A stretch of 63,378 nt of DNA, the filler included, from Octopus bimaculoides (Eukaryota): assembly GCF_001194135.2 (NCBI RefSeq). It is 5 parts of 4 records of this genome, joined end to end, with 100 filler letters (N's around TTAATTAATTAA, not from the genome) between each part and the next. Parts side by side here need not be neighbours in the genome. Positions count along the whole stretch, not along the records: positions 59,590 to 63,378 come from NC_068996.1; 4 more parts are not named here. One strand, 5' to 3'. Of this stretch, positions 60,131 through 63,378 are shown piece after piece. Each line of letters begins with the position of its first letter. Position 1 is the stretch's first letter. The notes beneath the pieces were generated by a model. The model saw only the letters and a list, made by a program, of their open reading frames with translations. It searched no databases and was not told the DNA's origin. The translations under genes and the position numbers were made by a program.

Positions 60131-60479
60131 CCTTCTTTCAGTTTCTAACTACCAAATTCACTTACTAGGCTTTGGTTGGGCTAAGGATACATTTGCAGAT
60201 ACTTGCTCAATGTGCTGCAACAATGAGATTGAACTAGAGACCATAGTTAGGAAGCATGAGTTTTAACCACACAGCTATGTGTATAACTATTATATTTGTG
60301 TGTATGTGTGTGTGTATGTGTGTGTGTGTGTGTGCGCATGTGCATGTGTGCATGTGCATGCGTGTGCATGTGTGGGAGGGGGGAGTGTGTGTATGTGTAA
60401 ACAGAGAAAAAACAAAAGACTAGAAATATTCAGACAATGAATATTTACATATAAATATGTAGATATTTATATATCTACA

Positions 60480-61133
60480 GCACAGATTTACTCAAAGACA
60501 AGAAATAAAGGAGAGAAGGTATGGTATCAGTGGTCCAACAGCTGTTTCAGGGATGCTCAGAATTATGTCATAATGTTGGCAGATGCAGTGCACAAGAAGT
60601 CAAATATATGAAAGAGATAGGTATCTTACCTATTTCTCCAGCATGAAGACAGTGGTGACATTTAGCTAATATTCATATGCATCCACTACTGGTTGCAAAT
60701 CTTTGACTTTTTGCAAACTTCATCTACCAGCATCATGACTTTTGGAAAGAGCCAGTAGTGGTTGTCAGAGAATTTCTACAACTTCACCTCCTAATTCCTC
60801 CAATTGTAATCTCATGAATAACTATGTGTGGGGTGTGATTGAGGAAGACATCAACTGTTCGGCCTACAATACCATGGCTGAGCTGAGGGCAGAGATACAG
60901 GATGAGTTCAAAGATCTTTCCAGGGACACAATGAGGAATACATGTGCAAGGTTCTGGAGCCATCTTCAGGCTGTGGTGGAAGTTAAGGGCAGCTACTTTC
61001 AGTTAACTATTATCTCCCAGCCATAATCTAAATGGTATTTCTTGATCTTTTAAGATACTTTTATTTTTAGATGGGAAACGATGTTTTCTTTCCTTTTTAT
61101 GCAAATTGTCAAATTTAGCCCAAACACCCTGTA
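60480..61133 (+). mobile_element. Tc1/mariner superfamily (maT/DD37D-like) transposase 3' remnant with right TIR
   Basis: ORF 60742-61026: SPPNSSNCNLMNNYVWGVIEEDIN...NTMAELRAEI...F...TCARFWSHLQAVVEVKGSYF (degenerate WPPxSPDLNPLDYYVW); terminus ...gcccaaacaccctgTA at 61133. Confidence 0.8.
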
Positions 61134-61729
61134 CATTGGAAGATGAGTGAAGCTACGTGTGTGTGTGAGTGAGTGAGTGAGTGAGTGCATGAGTGAGTGA
61201 GTGCGTGTTCGTGCGTGCATGTGTGCATGTGTGTGTGCATGCATGTGTGCATGCATGCGTGTGTGTGTGTATTGATACTAGAGTTTGTAAACTCCATTTA
61301 GAAAGAGACAAGGGAATAAGGCTCACTGACATGTATGTATGTGTACTTATGCCAGCCAACTAATTAATAGATGATACTTGCTACTGATATGCATTTAGCA
61401 ATGCCACCATCACTGCTGGACAATTTTCATCTGCTGTTGCTGCTGGTTCACATTATATTATCTCTGGCTGAATACCACAGTTAATATGGCTTTCCCTAAT
61501 ATAACTGCTTTAGATATGATACACAGCTAGCTAATCTAAACGAATACTGCTTCTGACACACATAATGATATGTATATGAAATATTAGTATGAAGGAAGAA
61601 AAAGAGTGATTAGGGTGACAGTATGGAAAAGCGCTGATAAACGGGAGAGGCAGATATGGCAGATGGAAATGAGAGAGAGAGAGAGACTAATGAAACTTAC
61701 ATATATATATATATGCATATGCATGTGCT

Positions 61730-61764
<35 letters not shown>

Positions 61765-62486
61765 ATATATAGAGACAGAAGAAGAGGGAGACAGGGAAAG
61801 ACAGAGAGAGATATATATGTGTATCTACATACATATGTATTTACATATACGCACACACATCAACAAACACACACATGGACAAATATATATGCATACATGT
61901 ATTTCTTCCTGAGAAACTATTCCTGAAACAATACACTACATTTCCAGACTTGTTTAACAGAGAACAACAACAATTTCAACAGGGAAGGTGGCAGTTCTTG
62001 TTTATGTTTTAAACAAAAGACGGAAATGAATAGAAAAGAAAAACTATAGACAAAAGAAAAAAAAATCAATGGACTCAAAGAAACAAACCAAAGAATAAAA
62101 ATAACACTAGTTTCATGAAACAATTATAAATACAAACCTCACTAACCACTACCACTGAAAACTTAATATTTATCGTCGTCGCCATCATTGTCATCTTCCT
62201 CATGATTTTAATAGCTACTTTTCCATACCTACATCGGTTACATGGAATTTATTAAGGAAGATTTTCTACAATTGGGTGCCCTTCTTGTTGCCAACCTTCA
62301 CCTGTTTCCAGACGAGGTAATGTTTCTCCATGGCTGACTGGACATGTTTTTGTGGAAGATTGAAATGAAGAACACCACATATATNNNNNNNNNNNNNNNN
62401 NNNNNNNNNNNNNNNNNNNNNNNNNNNNNNNNNNNNNNNNNNNNNNNNNNNNNNNNNNNNNNNNNNNNGTGTGTGTGTGTGTGTGT

Positions 62487-62862
62487 GGAGGCGCAATGGC
62501 CCAGTGGTTAGGGCAGTGGACTCGCGGTCATAGGATCGCAGTTTCAATTCCCAGACCGGGCGTTGTGAATGTTTATTGAGTGAAAACATCTAAAGCTCCA
62601 CGAGGCTCCGGCAGGGGATGGTGGCGAACCCTGCTGTACTCTTCCACCACAACTTTCTCTCACTCTTACTTCCTGTTTCTGTTGAACCTGTATTTCAAAG
62701 GGCCAGCCTTGTCACACTGTGTCACGCTGAATGTCCCCGAGAACTACGTTAAGAGTACACGTGTCTGTGGAGTGCTCAGCCACTTACACGTTTCACAAGC
62801 AGGCTTTTCCATTGATCAGATCAACTGGAACCCTCGACGTCGTAAGCGACGGAGTGCCAACA
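62487..62862 (+). mobile_element. SINE family C, full length
   Basis: ggaggcgcaatggcccagtggttagggcagtggactcgcgg...cgtaagcgacggagtgccaaca; colinear with 30105-30478. Confidence 0.95.
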
Positions 62863-63198
62863 TATATGTATATATATATATGTGTGTGTGTGTGTGCTTC
62901 TTTCAGTTTCCATCAACCAAATTTTCTCACATGGCTTTGGTTGACCTGGGGTTATAGCAGAACAGTCCCACAATATAATTAAGATGCTACACAGGGAAAC
63001 TGAACCAGAAAACAAGTTATTGGGAAGCAAATTTGTTGAGTACACAGTCATGCTTTTGCCTTTTTATCTGTTTGCTTACCCATGCCAGCATGGGTAAAAG
63101 GACATGAAATGATGATAATGATGATGGGGCGGGTGATGTAAGCAATGGGAAAGTGATACAGAAAAGCTAAAGTGTAATGTGTGTAAGAAATTTTCCAT

Positions 63199-63378
63199 GC
63201 GCAGGAGTGGCTGTATGGTAAGTAGCTTGCTTACCAACCACATGGTTTCGGGTTCATTCCCACTGCGTGGCACCTTGGGCAAGTGTCTTCTACTATAGAC
63301 TCGGACCAACCAAAGCCTTGTAAGTGGATTTGGTAGACGGAAACTGAAAGAAGCCCGTCGTATATGTGTATATATATA
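63199..63378 (+). mobile_element. SINE family B, cut by the window end
   Basis: gcgcaggagtggctgtatggtaagtagcttgcttaccaaccacatgg...gaaagaagcccgtcgtatatg. Confidence 0.95.

Noticed and set aside
590-63378. Long ORFs in the track containing X runs or SLSL, YIYI, THTH, CVCV, poly-I, poly-N or poly-Y
   Set aside because: They are translations of N gaps and microsatellites with no coding signal.

Overview
Repeat-saturated, AT-rich animal genomic DNA with many N gaps. The repeat content (three tRNA-headed SINE families, RTE, L1/Tx1 and RLE-type LINEs, Penelope-like elements, mariners, dense microsatellites) suggests a coleoid cephalopod such as Octopus; this is inference, not a database result. Only two host genes are supportable. 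One is an SLC5 sodium:solute symporter, seen as two minus-strand GT-AG exons (11468-11659, 11022-11090). The other is a 258-aa leucine-rich-repeat protein encoded by a single plus-strand ORF (35584-36360). Four 100-bp gaps contain an artificial TTAATTAATTAA linker and probably mark scaffold joins. Most notable observations: (1) a ~270-bp near-perfect palindrome (47263-47533) whose two arms each carry a hammerhead ribozyme core, plus three other hammerhead-like motifs; (2) an LTR/PBS-led Ty3/gypsy gag joined in frame to a Penelope-type reverse transcriptase (12227-13640); (3) a fold-back MITE with 8-bp TSD and a central TTAGGG hairpin (53808-54470), whose sister copy has an 854-N gap at that exact position; (4) a 7-copy 16-bp array of AP-1 sites (38785-38897). 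No CRISPR arrays, rRNA or true tRNA genes were found. Most ORFs in the supplied track are microsatellite, gap or TE artefacts.
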